DNA of 61,412 nucleotides, counting the filler, from Hausera hauseri (lineage: Eukaryota), in the NCBI GenBank assembly GCA_046269625.1. It is 11 parts of 11 records of this genome, joined end to end, with 100 filler letters (N's around TTAATTAATTAA, not from the genome) between each part and the next. Parts side by side here need not be neighbours in the genome. Positions count along the whole stretch, not along the records: positions 46,772 to 51,281 come from JBJURY010548119.1; positions 51,382 to 57,097 come from JBJURY010199971.1; positions 57,198 to 61,412 come from JBJURY010695771.1; 8 more parts are not named here. One strand, 5' to 3'. Position 1 is the stretch's first letter. Each line of letters opens with the position of its first letter. The translations under genes and the position numbers were made by a program. Under the pieces are notes generated by a model, which did not search any database, was not told the DNA's origin, and saw only the letters and a list, made by a program, of their open reading frames with translations. Below, piece by piece: positions 49,080 to 61,005 of this stretch.

Positions 49080-51281
49080 ATTATGATTGCCGGATTATGA
49101 ACTTTAAGAGGTCCCGATGATGAATCAAAAGACGCTTATAAAACGCAAGAAAAGGCGATATTGGCAAAGCCCGTAATAGCTAATCAACTAACGGAATGGT
49201 CCGAGTTAATATCGAAACTAACTAATCCAGTGGAAAGTCGTAGGGAGGATTTTCAGGAAAGCGAGCCTACAGTTAAGAAACAACTAGAGAAAAGCGCACG
49301 GAATCTAATACAATGAGAGCAGAAGTAGATATCCGGACTCAATTCGATGCATTACGGCAAATGAATTTCATAAAAAAGAAACGAGAACTGGCGATATTGG
49401 AAGAGATATAAAATGATCGAAGAAACAAACTTTGTAGAAAAGCGAAATATGATTTGCAACTTCTACCCAAGATTAAGAAACATCCGTCTAGAAGGAATCC
49501 AGCATTTAAGCGCTAAATCTATTGATAAAATCACAATTCGCGATCTCGAAACTTTGAATATTTGTCCGGAACATAGAACAGCTATAGAGGAAGCAATGAG
49601 ATTCCTACATAAACCACAGGAATATATGGCCGTGGCAGATCAAAATTGCCATACTGAGTTAACAAAAATAAGGAACGACACTCATCTCGGTTTTGAAGAA
49701 GGTAAGTTCGTGAAGAAATTGCTCGATGCGACAGACCCCGATTCAAGAATTCTTAATGAGATGTACGAGTTAACACTAATGGTAGAAATGACAGAAATTA
49801 ACAATGAAAAGATGAGATAATTGATGTCTCAAATACGACAGGCCGAAGAAACGTGCATTAGAACTAAACAAAGAGTAATAAGATTAGACGAACTAACAAA
49901 AGAGCTCGAAATTTATCGGAACAAATATGCTTTTACTGAGTCAGAAATTAATAGGAAGATAGAATTTGTACAAAGATGGCAAAGGGATGTAATTATCGAA
50001 CTGACTATCATCAAAGAGGATTCATTCCTGCTAACAAACTGGACAAACTGTTAAAACTTATCCAGTATGCTTGTGGAAACGGAATAGGTTTCCGGACCAC
50101 ACAGATGAAATAGAGCCGAGGTTAAAGGAAATTCTAGAAAACGTACAAAGAATGAGTACAGCGATAGTAGACTATGGACTTTCAGAAATCGGAAACGATC
50201 CAGAATGGGATGCCTATTTAGATGCGACAAATGTTGAAAATCCAATGACCAGTACGGATAAATGAACCAGAAATATGTCCGCGAGGTAGGAGGTTCAATG
50301 TGGAGATACTCTTGGACTCAGTGCTAACTGAGAGGGATTTAATCGAATTAATTAATGTAAACATAACTGAAAATAAGTTGAGACAGCTTATTCCGACTCT
50401 AACTGAATTATCCAGTAAGAACACGGTTTACAGCACAGTACCAAAACTACATATGCATATGTGAAGGATCTGAGAGTGGTTGATAAACAATGGTGAAATA
50501 ATTGAGTTAAGCTATAGATTCTACTTTAGAGGTAGGATACTGGACGACTTAGAAAAATTAATAGACGTCGGGATTATACCCGATGAAACAAACCGGATAG
50601 TGGCCGTAGTAGCCAACGAGCAGACTAAGGAAGAAACCACGCGTAAGGCTAAGACCAAACAGTGCGTAGGATAAATTATGGAAGTCCGAGACGCTGCAAT
50701 GTACTTCGAGTATTTGCAGACGGAAAAGGATAGGGAACAATATGATAAGAACTTAGTGTCATTAAGCAGAATAATAGCAACTACCCCTAGACATAAACAT
50801 CCGGTCGGCAAACCCAAGACATGAGAAGAGATCGATTATAATGGATAATTGATTAGAGAACTGCGACAGATGTCCATTCCGACTTTCAGCGCAGAGAATG
50901 AAGAATTGAACGAATTAATGAAGAATTTAATACGCATCGTAAATCACTCAAACCTTGAAGGCGACACGTTAGATGATAATGAGAAAGCGATATTTAACGT
51001 CGCTAGAACAATGAGAAACTCCCGCTTCAAATTATCGAAAAGTAATTTGACCGATGAATTGGCGATTGAAAAGATCATGGTGGAAAACACGATAGAAGAA
51101 CTAAGAAAAATTTTACTGTATTTAGCTATTAGGACAAACTCTATTCGGGAGAATGAAATTAATGGAGCTGAGCTTGGCACGGAAGGCGGCTAGAAAACTA
51201 CCCCAAGAAGTATGTTGGTCAAAATTTCTCGATAAAGAAGATAAACGACCCAATAATAGTGGCCGATTTGAAGACATGCTA
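49080..51281 (+). pseudogene. Long decayed ORF of unknown function downstream of the family-1 gag
   Basis: A chain of same-strand ORF fragments (49413-49820, 49821-50054, 50071-50265, 50480-50674, 50849-51193), Glu/Ile/Leu-rich, with no protease or RT motifs. Confidence 0.55.
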
Positions 51282-51381
51282 NNNNNNNNNNNNNNNNNNN
51301 NNNNNNNNNNNNNNNNNNNNNNNNNTTAATTAATTAANNNNNNNNNNNNNNNNNNNNNNNNNNNNNNNNNNNNNNNNNNNN
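51282..51381. other. Artificial contig spacer
   Basis: N44-TTAATTAATTAA-N44. Confidence 0.98.
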
Positions 51382-51739
51382 CAGCACTGCATATTTTCTC
51401 AAGGTTCGAAATCACATTTTTCTTTTCTTTTGTGGTTAGGTCAAATAAAACAATTTGGAACCTTCCGAAATCATGGTGTGGCCTCCAAGCCTTAAATCCA
51501 ACGCATACTGCGTTTGGCGAGTAATAGTGAATTGTCATCGATTGTAACAATTTATTATCTTCTTGTCTTTGAATTTCTTCGACTGTTGGCTTCTTTTCCG
51601 ATTTAACTGCTTCCGATTTTAATCCACTCTTCCGAATTCCGTATATATCTCCTAACGTAGATTCGTCATGCCACCATTGCGCTTGTATTCTTGGGATGTA
51701 TGAGGCAATTAGTGATAATGCTAAAACTATCTGAACATA
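51382..51739 (-). CDS. Start of the family-1 accessory domain, in one open frame with the integrase C-terminus
   Basis: The ORF starting at 51931 reads GRGPYEV..RPISYVQIVLALSLIASYIPRIQA-QWWHDESTL..CVGFKAWRPHH without a stop. Confidence 0.8.
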
Positions 51740-54700
51740 TGAAATTGGTCTAGTATCTATTGAGGAAGTTTTCATATCACGTTGGCGTAAATTATAACGT
51801 TTGCTGGGTCGTATTTCTGTCTTCACAAACCTTTGTATTGACACAACTTCTTCTTTTCCATTCTTGTTGATATACACTGTGGTTGGCGTGACTCTGGTGA
51901 CTTCATACGGTCCTCTACCCGTGCGAGTCAATTTCAGTGAGGTACCTTTTTTGGCTACTGGATAATGTACATAAACCCAATTCCCTTGTTCTATATCGTG
52001 CGGTTTCGCTTTCTTATCATATTGCTTTTTAAACTGTTCTTGATATTATTGGGATAATTCTTTGGCGATTTCCCAACACTTTTGTAATCGCGTTTGTAGC
52101 ACTTCTGCGAAATTCTGTTCTAAATTTTCGGAATTAACTGTGTATGGCATCATTCCTAAATCTGTAGGTAACACAGCTTCACGTCCATACATCATAAAAA
52201 TGGCGTAAATCCTGTCGCTGGATGATGTGTAGTATTAATTGCGAATTGGGTTCCTTCTAAAAATTCATACCAATCCTTTTGGTCCTTTGCTACTACTGTT
52301 GATAATATGCGTATGACGGTAGCATTCATCCGTTGGGCCATTCCATTACACTGAGGATGATATGCAGTAGTTGTTAATCTCTCGATTTCAAATATTTTGG
52401 TGATTTTCTCGAATAATTCACCGGTAAAATGTCTTCCTCTATCTGTGAGTATCTGGTCTGGGGGTCCATATCAACAAATGATTCTTCTTACCACGGCTTC
52501 TGCTAAGGTTTCGGACTTCTGATCTATCAATGCGACCAATTCGACAAAATGAGTTAGGCGATCAATGCATGTTAAGATATACTTATTGTTCTTGTGAGTC
52601 GTAGGAAGGGGTCCTACGATATCCATCGACATGGCTTGAATAGGCCTGTCGGGTACATCAACTGGTTTTAATTCGGCGATGTAATTTCTCGTCTTCTTTT
52701 CTTTAGTTGCACATACTTCACACGCGTTTATCCAATTTCTTACATCGATATAGATACTAGGCCAAAAGTATATGTTCATTATTCTTTCTAATGTTTTCTT
52801 CCAAGACATATGTCCGACTAAGTATGAATCATGTTCTGACATCAGTACTTCAGTTCGTAAACTTTTGGGAATAACTATCAGCTCCTTTCCTTTCCGTTCG
52901 TAATATAAAATGTCTCCTTTATTTCCGTCATTCAGGACGCAGTATTTGTGTCCGTGTCTGTGTAAATGTTTCTTTAATTGTCGTCCTCTTGGTATGACAT
53001 CCTTTTTAGCAAATTCTATAATCTGCTGGATGACTTTATCTTTTCTTTGTTCTGTTGAAATTTTGATTACCCTATCTATTGTTAACACGCATTGGCGGTC
53101 TATTATTATTTCAAGTTGACTTTTCTTCATTACAGTGATTGCGCTTGTTTTAGTCTTTAATCTCGATAGGGCATCAGCGTCTACATGTTTGTTTCCTGGC
53201 TTATACTGGAATTCGATATTGTATCTGGAGATCTCTTCGATCCATCTGTTTAGTCGGCACGTTGGGTTATTTGCTCGACCCTTTAAAGTTGTAACGGCCT
53301 TGTGGTCAGTGACGATTATAATTTTCTGCCCGTAAACATAAATGTTGAAATGACGCAGTGCTTCTTTTACGGCTAGAGTTTCCAGTTCGGTAACGGAATA
53401 ATTTTTCTCGGCCTTCTTCAAAGAACGTCCTCCGTAAGCGATTGGGTGTTCCAATTATTTATCTTCCTTTTTCTGCGCTAACTCATAATCAATGCCTTCC
53501 TTACTGGCGTCTGCCTTGATTATAAATGGTAAGCTAAAATCTGGATATCTCAAAACAGGTTCGCTTGTTAATATCTTCTTCATCTCACTAAAAGCTTTCT
53601 GCTCAACGTCTGTCCATTTCCATTTAATCCCTTTTTTAAGCAGACTATATAAAGATGCATTAATTTTTTAATTATCTGGTACGTAGGTTGCGTAATATCC
53701 GCATAATCCTAGCCAGTGTCTTAATTCTTTCTGATTTTGTGGCTCTATGCAATTCGATATTTTGTTCAATAACGACTTATCCGGTTTCGAGCCTCCTTCT
53801 CCAACTATATGACCTAGGTAGGATACGGCGTTTTGAGCCCATTTGCATTTCTTCGGATTTAACTTCAATCCGGCTTGTTCCAATCTCATCAGTATGTGTT
53901 CAATATCTTTTAAGTGTTCTTCCTCCGTTCTCGATGCTATCATCACATTATTTAAATATGCAAAGGCATGATACAGTCCCATTAACATTTTGTTCATCAT
54001 TCTTGTGAATATGGCTGGTCCGGTAGTAATACCAAACGGCATAACATTAAACTCGTAAACACCATCGTGAGTTTTAAATGCTGCCTTATAACGGTCTTCG
54101 TCCGCTATTTTCACTTTCCAATATCCGGATTGTAAGTCCAGAGTGGTAAACCATTTCGCTCCTGAGATTCTGTCTAAGGCCTCTTTTACTGAGGGCAATG
54201 GGAAGGAATCCTTCATCATAAAATTATTTAGAGCTCTGTAATAGAAACAAAATCGGTGCTTCGTAGTGTCTTTCTTTTTAACCATAAGAATAGGTGAGTA
54301 ACAGAATCTGTAACTGGGCATAATTATTTCTGCCTTAAGCATTCGTTCAACTTCTTTCGTTATTTCGGGCCTTAACGAATGTGGTGCAGGATACCATTTT
54401 GGCATCTTCTGATCCTCCAGATCTATCTCTTCATTTGAACCAGGCTTTTTCTTGAGCGGAATAGTCAGTTTTAGCGCTTTTCCTCTACAGATATCTTCTT
54501 CATCCTTAGCAATAATCGGTTTATAGCGGCATAATAATTCGTAAAATCGACAGTAAGATTTCGGGGAGAACTTAGTTTCAACATAAGGCGGAAATTCGGC
54601 GTATTTATAAAGTTTCTCTTCGATAGTTATCGACGATATTCTATATGTGTCTACTATAGTAGTATAAGCATAGAGTTTGATAGGAGTTGGTACATTGTTC

Positions 54701-55300
54701 GCTATTCCAATCGGTACACGACCGGAGTGTACTCTCGTAAGTATGTTACTAAGTGTACGTTTCCTTTGGTTCGAAGTATACTGGCTGATCGTCATCCTGC
54801 TGAATTTGTGCGTAAACTATTATCTCCGTTCTTAGTGGGATATTCTCGTCTACTGGTATCCACACTTCCTTTCTATCCTTAGAGTTTTTTACGCCCTTTT
54901 TTGATCTAATCTCAGTTAATTTTCCTGTTTGTAAGTCAATCGCCACCTTTGGTAATCTTTTCAGTAGATCGCATCCTAGAACCACGTCATCGGTTAATTG
55001 TTTTATGATTGCAAATTTATGTCGAAATGTTTGCCCAACTAATTGGACTTCTGGATTCCATTTAAACATTGGTTTTGACATTTGACCAAAGGCTTCTGTA
55101 CTTCCTAGATCTTTCGCAGATGGAGGGTATAGTTATCCTCTTAGCGTCTGAGGTATCGAATCATTTTGATGTACGACATCTCGGAACCCGTATCAATTAA
55201 AGCATAAACTTTCCAATCCTCAATAATGATTTTGGCGAAAGGTCTTCCTTTGATCACTGTTCCAAAACAGTTTGATGCTATATTCAAACGTTTAGTCATT
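51740..55300 (-). pseudogene. pol: Family-1 pol, third copy (PR, RT, RH, IN)
   Basis: ALIDTG (55186-55194), TLDLQSGYW, MPFGITTGPAIF, YLNN (mutated YLDD), TDHK..HVDADALSR, HHCC, SMDIVGPLP. Confidence 0.95.
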
Positions 55301-55489
55301 GATATTTTGTGTCCGTTTATTCGTGCTTCTGCGGCGGAAACTATGTTTTCCGACAACTGTCTTAATTCTTAGTTTGAATATAATTCATTGTTTTCTACAT
55401 GCAGTTCTTCCATTTCATGAGTACTGACTAGCGGCTCGATTGTTGGTATGTAGTTCAGTATGTTGGAAGGTTTTAAATCTTGGGGTGTC

Positions 55490-57097
55490 TCAAACCGTTG
55501 AACTAGTTTCGATATTTTTAGGTTCTCTCGGTGAATATAACATCTTGGGACCATCTGCGGATTGTTGATAGCACATTTTTCGTAGAATTCCGTAACGTTT
55601 CGTTCCTTCGTAAAGGTCTTCTACATTAATTGTTCTTTTATAAATTTGTGTCTGATATAAGCTCATGTACCGTTTGTCGCAATCGTCGTAGATTGGAGCG
55701 GTAGGAAGTAACATGGGCAATGGCGCTTTAACGACAGAGTACATCTTATGTCTATTAATCCATAAAAATGCTTCTCCTCCCTTAGGCTCGTCATCATATG
55801 AGTTATTCTTTCGAGTATTGGGTTTTGTAAATTTTCGTTTCCGTAGGAATATAGGCCTTCCTCTTTGTTTACGATTATAATAGCCAACATGGCGTTTTAC
55901 GTTCGATTTCCATCTATTTTCTTCGTATGCTTTCAAAAATTTTCCAAAGGCCTTATGATTGCAGCCAGTATTTTACATTAAAATCCGGTTAGTGTAAATA
56001 TTTCGTATCCGTTTATTACTGCTTGGATGACTGCCTTAATCATTTGTATCAGAAAATATATCGCTAAAAATCTTAATGCGGCTTGTCCAAAAATTAAAAA
56101 TCTTCCCAGATTTTGTAGATTATTTCTGTTGTTACTTTCGGATAGTGGTTTATGCCAAGTAATGATTCCCATTTAGCCTGATATGTGATGTTGTCTACTA
56201 CAAAGACAATTGCTTGGTTTAATTCATGTGTCCGTTGTCGTGGAAAAGCGAGAAATTGCCTAAAGGTCTCGATTTCTTTCGGCCGGTATATACCTTTCGA
56301 GGAGGTATCTTGAAATTTATCGTCTATAATTCCTTTTGCAAGATTCGTCCCTGTTAGCTTGTTGGGAGCGGCAGTGATACTTCCATTATGCAAACTAACC
56401 CAGTCTGTTTCGCTACGTCTAAACATCGGCTCTCCTAAGCCATTTTAGTCCTCATGATTTCTGTATCCAATTTGCAATCATTCATTATCATTTTGTGATA
56501 TAATTCCGTTAGTCTTTTATAGTAGAAGTAATCGTATCTATTTATCAGGTATTCGTCAATCCGAACATCCTACGTTTCCAATTTGTAAGTTTTTGCGTTT
56601 ATGTCTGTTTCGGCTACAAAGAACTCTTCGTAGTCCGTGGCGAACATTACTACATCGCAGTGAGTCATCATCTCTTTCTTAATAAATTTTAGTCCGTGTA
56701 AGTCCGAGATTAATATAGTAGGGGTAAGGTGTTCCGATACATCTTCGCGTGTTCCTAAATTAGCCTCCGATTTGTCTACCTATCGTTTCCGGTAGTTTCA
56801 TTAAACTTTAACTCTTTAATTTTGATAAAGTTAAAGCTTCTTCCAGACGAAGGTTCCCATATTATGACCGAGCTTCTAAAAGCACAGGTTCCGTCTTGTA
56901 AATGACATTTCTGATTCTCAGTATATAACTTATTGACACTATGGAACATTACCTTCTGTGATCGCATTTCTGATTTGTAGAAATCCACAACTACCACGTT
57001 TGGTTCTAATCCTTTACCGGTATCGTATTCTGCTCCATTGCAATGTCCGGTACGCATATCCAGCCGTCCAGTTACTAATTTTTATGCTGTGATTATC
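55490..57097 (-). pseudogene. env: Chuvirus-like glycoprotein, second copy (central ectodomain to tail, with an internal deletion)
   Basis: TGRLDMRTGHCNGAEY..NVVV, CHLQDGTC..IIWEP, HCDVVMFATDYEEFFV, DEYLINRYDY..ELYHKMIMNDCKLD, KGIYRPKEIETFRQFLAFP, TM FLIFGQAALRFLAIYFLIQMIK. Confidence 0.8.
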
Positions 57098-57197
57098 NNN
57101 NNNNNNNNNNNNNNNNNNNNNNNNNNNNNNNNNNNNNNNNNTTAATTAATTAANNNNNNNNNNNNNNNNNNNNNNNNNNNNNNNNNNNNNNNNNNNN
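57098..57197. other. Artificial contig spacer
   Basis: N44-TTAATTAATTAA-N44. Confidence 0.98.
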
Positions 57198-57420
57198 GTT
57201 AAAACATTTTCGATGCACAAAAGTGCTGCATGAATAAGCCACTCTTGACCAGTTGTGCTTCTTTGCCAATCTGTTGAACCAACTTTTAGCTCCTGCACAC
57301 ATGGCAACACGTGAAATAAAACAAAGTAGATGTTCAAGTCAGGTACTCCGCAGGGATCTATGTTCGACCCGCTACTATTTGCAGTAAACATCAATGATCC
57401 TCCATTGCACCATATACCAC
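57198..57420 (+). mobile_element. Non-LTR retrotransposon (LINE) RT fragment
   Basis: SGTPQGSMFDPLLFAVNINDPP corresponds to the GVPQGSVLGPLLF..YINDLP motif. Confidence 0.7.
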
Positions 57421-58030
57421 AATGAAACAAACTGCAGCCATGATAGTACACCACAGGGCCATCACACCATCAAGGGATTATCACTTCTCTATATCATCTC
57501 ATTTCACCTGGCCATTCCCGACAACCACAGAACCCAGGTTTTTTTTTTTTAAATCCCCATTACATTTCACAACTTTTACTAACTATGCTCTCGTAAGCAG
57601 AGACCTAACTCAGCTTACAAACAGCAGACTTGTAACTACTTCATTATTTTCAACGTAACAATATGTAATATAGAATATGCATCACATTTTTTTACCAAAA
57701 AAAAAAAAAAATGAAGTTTTAACTGATATCACCAAACTCCTTCCTCTCTTCCAGTCACACTCTTCTTCTAAATTATATCAATACTACTACCTCAGTGCAA
57801 CTCAGTAAGTCTAAACTAATCCTTTCTGCTAACATACTGCCTTTATTTCCGCACACTCCCAAGATTATGTATGTGTTTGTTTGTTTTCCTTCGGACAGGT
57901 CCACTCCCTGAAGTACTTGTTCCTGAGGTACTAGCCAAGTCACAAAGCTCCCTCTTGGTGTCTGGCCAATATGTACTTATTCCTACTTATTTCCTGGAAT
58001 CACCGAACTGCACAACAAAACACCAATTAA

Positions 58031-58657
58031 CTGATTCAAGAATTACCAGATGCTATAATAGACTATATGACACCAATTCGCTCATTAGCCATGTTTAACA
58101 AGTGGTGTGAAGAACAAGGAATTCCGCCGAGAAAATATTATACCATGATGAATTTGCTTTTAAAAGATGAAGGCAACAAACGGTGTGGTGTTTATTTACA
58201 TGGACTATATGCAAGTGGTAAAACTGTGATGACAGACACAATGTTTAACTGCCTACCAAACATAACAGGCAAAGTAACAAAAGACAATTTTCCATTTCAA
58301 CAACTTGGTGGTAAAAAAATTGTTATCGCTGAAGAAAGTACCATCACTACAGCATTTTTAGACACTTGGAAAGATTTAATGTCTGGTCTTCAAACAACAT
58401 GTTGTTGAAAGGACAACTATCCTACATATGTTAAACCGAACATTGTGCTGATAAACACTAATACACTTCTCCAAAATATGATGACGCGTGAAGAAATGAA
58501 TGTTATGAAAACAAGATTGCATCAATATCTGAATCTTAAAACTCGTAGTTGTTTCAAATCTTTGTATGGTTTAATGCATCAAAAAATGTGGACTCTTTCT
58601 GCAACACCAACTTTAGATGAAGAAAGTTGGCTACGGCAAAACTGTGATGATGCATAG
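58031..58657 (+). pseudogene. NS1: Parvovirus NS1-like SF3 helicase (endogenous viral element), one in-frame stop
   Basis: Walker A GLYASGKT, NFPFQ, Walker B IVIAEE, B' WKDLMSG, motif C VLINTN, Arg finger KTRL. Confidence 0.85.
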
Positions 58658-58699
58658 GATCACGAACCGGTCTTTTGTTGTTTATCAAAGTCGAAGCCA

Positions 58700-60352
58700 G
58701 TGTTTCAAGGTAGTTTTGATGCTATACCAACAGCTATTGTTGTTCCACAACCTCCAGCATCACCCGAATGTTCTACTCGGCCTATGAAAAAGCGTAAACT
58801 GAACCCGGTATCTTTATTAAAAGCAACTCCAGTTGAAAATGATACAGCCTTTGTTGTGTCTCCGACGCCTACCAGAGATATAGAAGTTGTCGATGGCTTA
58901 GACTGTGAAAAAGAGACATTTAAAGCAAAAGTAAAACGAAGTGAAACATTCGAAGTTTTACGTACATTTGACGTTTCTGAAACAGGGCCAACCGTTGATC
59001 TTCCTTCAACTTCAAAAACTGCAGAACAATTATATGCTGGCTATCTGAGTTCTGATGAAGACCTACTCACCTGCGATTGTGATCAAAAGGTATACAAATA
59101 TACAATTTTTCCATTCACTGATCACAAAGATCAATATTATGGGAATAGTTCTTATTTTTACAGAGATGTTGTTGAATTATTGAAGAAAACTGAAAATCCG
59201 GAATATGTTCCGAGTCCATCGTATCAGTATTCGTACATAAGCGACTTGTGTATTGGACCGATTGTCTTGTTACGGGAAGACACAGCCTATGATGATTTGA
59301 ATGCATGTGAAGACATTGATGAAAGGGTGTATGATTTGGTATATGAAAGAATGTTTATTCATCGACAGGCTTTATCTGACTTTTATAATGAGCACGAAAA
59401 TCAATTTCATTATATCCACAGGGCAAAAGTTTTGTATAATCACGTCTTTGTGCCAAGATTCGTCCATTCAGCACAACGAGACAGTGACAACTCCTTACAG
59501 GAGGAATTCACAGATGTATACGCACGAAGAATCTACAAATGGACAGACTGGTCGTATGCATTCAAAGACCTCAAGATTGTCGAAGTCAGACCTGAAGGTG
59601 TGGCTTATTCACCCAGCGAGCCTCCTTATTTTATGTGTCCAGACATTACTAACAATCTACGAACTACATTGCTTAGACTCAGGTCAAAAGATGACACACT
59701 GATCATCAGTGTCTTTGTACCTGAAATCTGGAATTTTGACAGACCGACTCCAACCAGAATTGAAAGGCTTGATTTCAAGTCGAAACTCTTCGATAGATCT
59801 AATATTTATCGCGATGGCTGGCCACAACCGTTTCTGGTACCAGCCTTTCCCAACCAGTTTGACACTTCAGACCTCATTAGCATAAAATGCTACACTTTTC
59901 TGTTAGATCTGTTGCATCAATGTGATCCTTGGCAAGGTCCAAATGTTCATTGTAGAACAGTGAAAGAAGAAATAAGTAGATTCCATGAAAATGTACGTTT
60001 TACCTGGCGACACAGTATGAAATACCTTATTGAGGGTGTTTTTGAAAAATGTAATAATTTCAGAGACGAGCATCACTATTCAGCTCAGTTTTGTTGCCAA
60101 ACAAAAGATCAGGCGTATGAAATTGTTGTCTGCAGTTATTTTCAACCATATGTTTTAGCCTTTTTACCTTTGTTGTTTGCTTTGAAAAAAATTCACAAAT
60201 ACACATCTCTCAGTGATCTTGCTATTACTTTCAGGTATAGCACGTACTGTTTCGAACAGTTCTACTACAGTTTGGCATGGCTCTATGATGATGGACACAG
60301 ACATATTATAACACTGACACCACCAGAAGGCCAGCCACCAGCTTTGGTTTAA
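58700..60352 (+). CDS. 550-aa open frame, in frame with the NS1-like helicase; function unknown
   Basis: ORF starts 58067, 58445 and 58700 share one frame. Contains an NLS-like PMKKRKL. No PLA2 or Gly-rich capsid motif seen. Confidence 0.65.
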   Translation: MFQGSFDAIPTAIVVPQPPASPECSTRPMKKRKLNPVSLLKATPVENDTAFVVSPTPTRDIEVVDGLDCEKETFKAKVKRSETFEVLRTFDVSETGPTVDLPSTSKTAEQLYAGYLSSDEDLLTCDCDQKVYKYTIFPFTDHKDQYYGNSSYFYRDVVELLKKTENPEYVPSPSYQYSYISDLCIGPIVLLREDTAYDDLNACEDIDERVYDLVYERMFIHRQALSDFYNEHENQFHYIHRAKVLYNHVFVPRFVHSAQRDSDNSLQEEFTDVYARRIYKWTDWSYAFKDLKIVEVRPEGVAYSPSEPPYFMCPDITNNLRTTLLRLRSKDDTLIISVFVPEIWNFDRPTPTRIERLDFKSKLFDRSNIYRDGWPQPFLVPAFPNQFDTSDLISIKCYTFLLDLLHQCDPWQGPNVHCRTVKEEISRFHENVRFTWRHSMKYLIEGVFEKCNNFRDEHHYSAQFCCQTKDQAYEIVVCSYFQPYVLAFLPLLFALKKIHKYTSLSDLAITFRYSTYCFEQFYYSLAWLYDDGHRHIITLTPPEGQPPALV

Positions 60353-61005
60353 ACACCCGAAGACAACCAGCAGTTTCCTATATTATTTTTATTGTTGTTT
60401 TAATGCCGTATATACTTGGACCATTGCAGTTATTATACCCTTATTTTTTGCATGTCAGTTATAAATTCAACCTTTGTATAACACTTGATATTATTCCATA
60501 CTGCAATAATCTCTAGCTTATCTGTTGTCAGTTATTTTTATTTACTTTTATTATGTTTTCTATTACACCTATATGTTGTCTCATGCGGTTTACAATGTAA
60601 CTTTTTTCCAGCGTCTCAAATAAAGAGGACATGTCCTCCATTTTTTAATAATGACATGATTGGTTCCCTAAAAATCCCTTCTTCTATCTAAACGGTGGAC
60701 GTGCCGTAGTCTACATACACACTCACACATCACTAAAGGCACACATAACCCGACGAATTAATTTAGCATAGATTTAGAGGTGCCATGGGTTTAGAGTAGT
60801 TTATTTTAGGCACGTTAGTGTTTTGGGTGTGTGAGGGGGCCTACAGTAAGGAGGCAGCCCTTTAGGTGGGTTGGCGACCTCGCTGTAGTTGGGGAAAGGG
60901 GACTCAAAGCTTGGTGGGGGGCTCGGCGTTCTCGCGATAAGACTTTCGCCGTGTGCGGTAGAGGTCTGGGTTCAAATCCAGGTAAATGGTTTGTTTGAAT
61001 AATAG

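Noticed and set aside
58700-60352. Parvovirus capsid (VP) gene
   Set aside because: No PLA2 motif or Gly-rich N-terminus, and it is in frame with NS1. It cannot be fully excluded without a structure search.
60915-60990. Functional tRNA gene
   Set aside because: I could not fold a convincing acceptor stem or D-arm; only a T-arm/B-box-like part is present.
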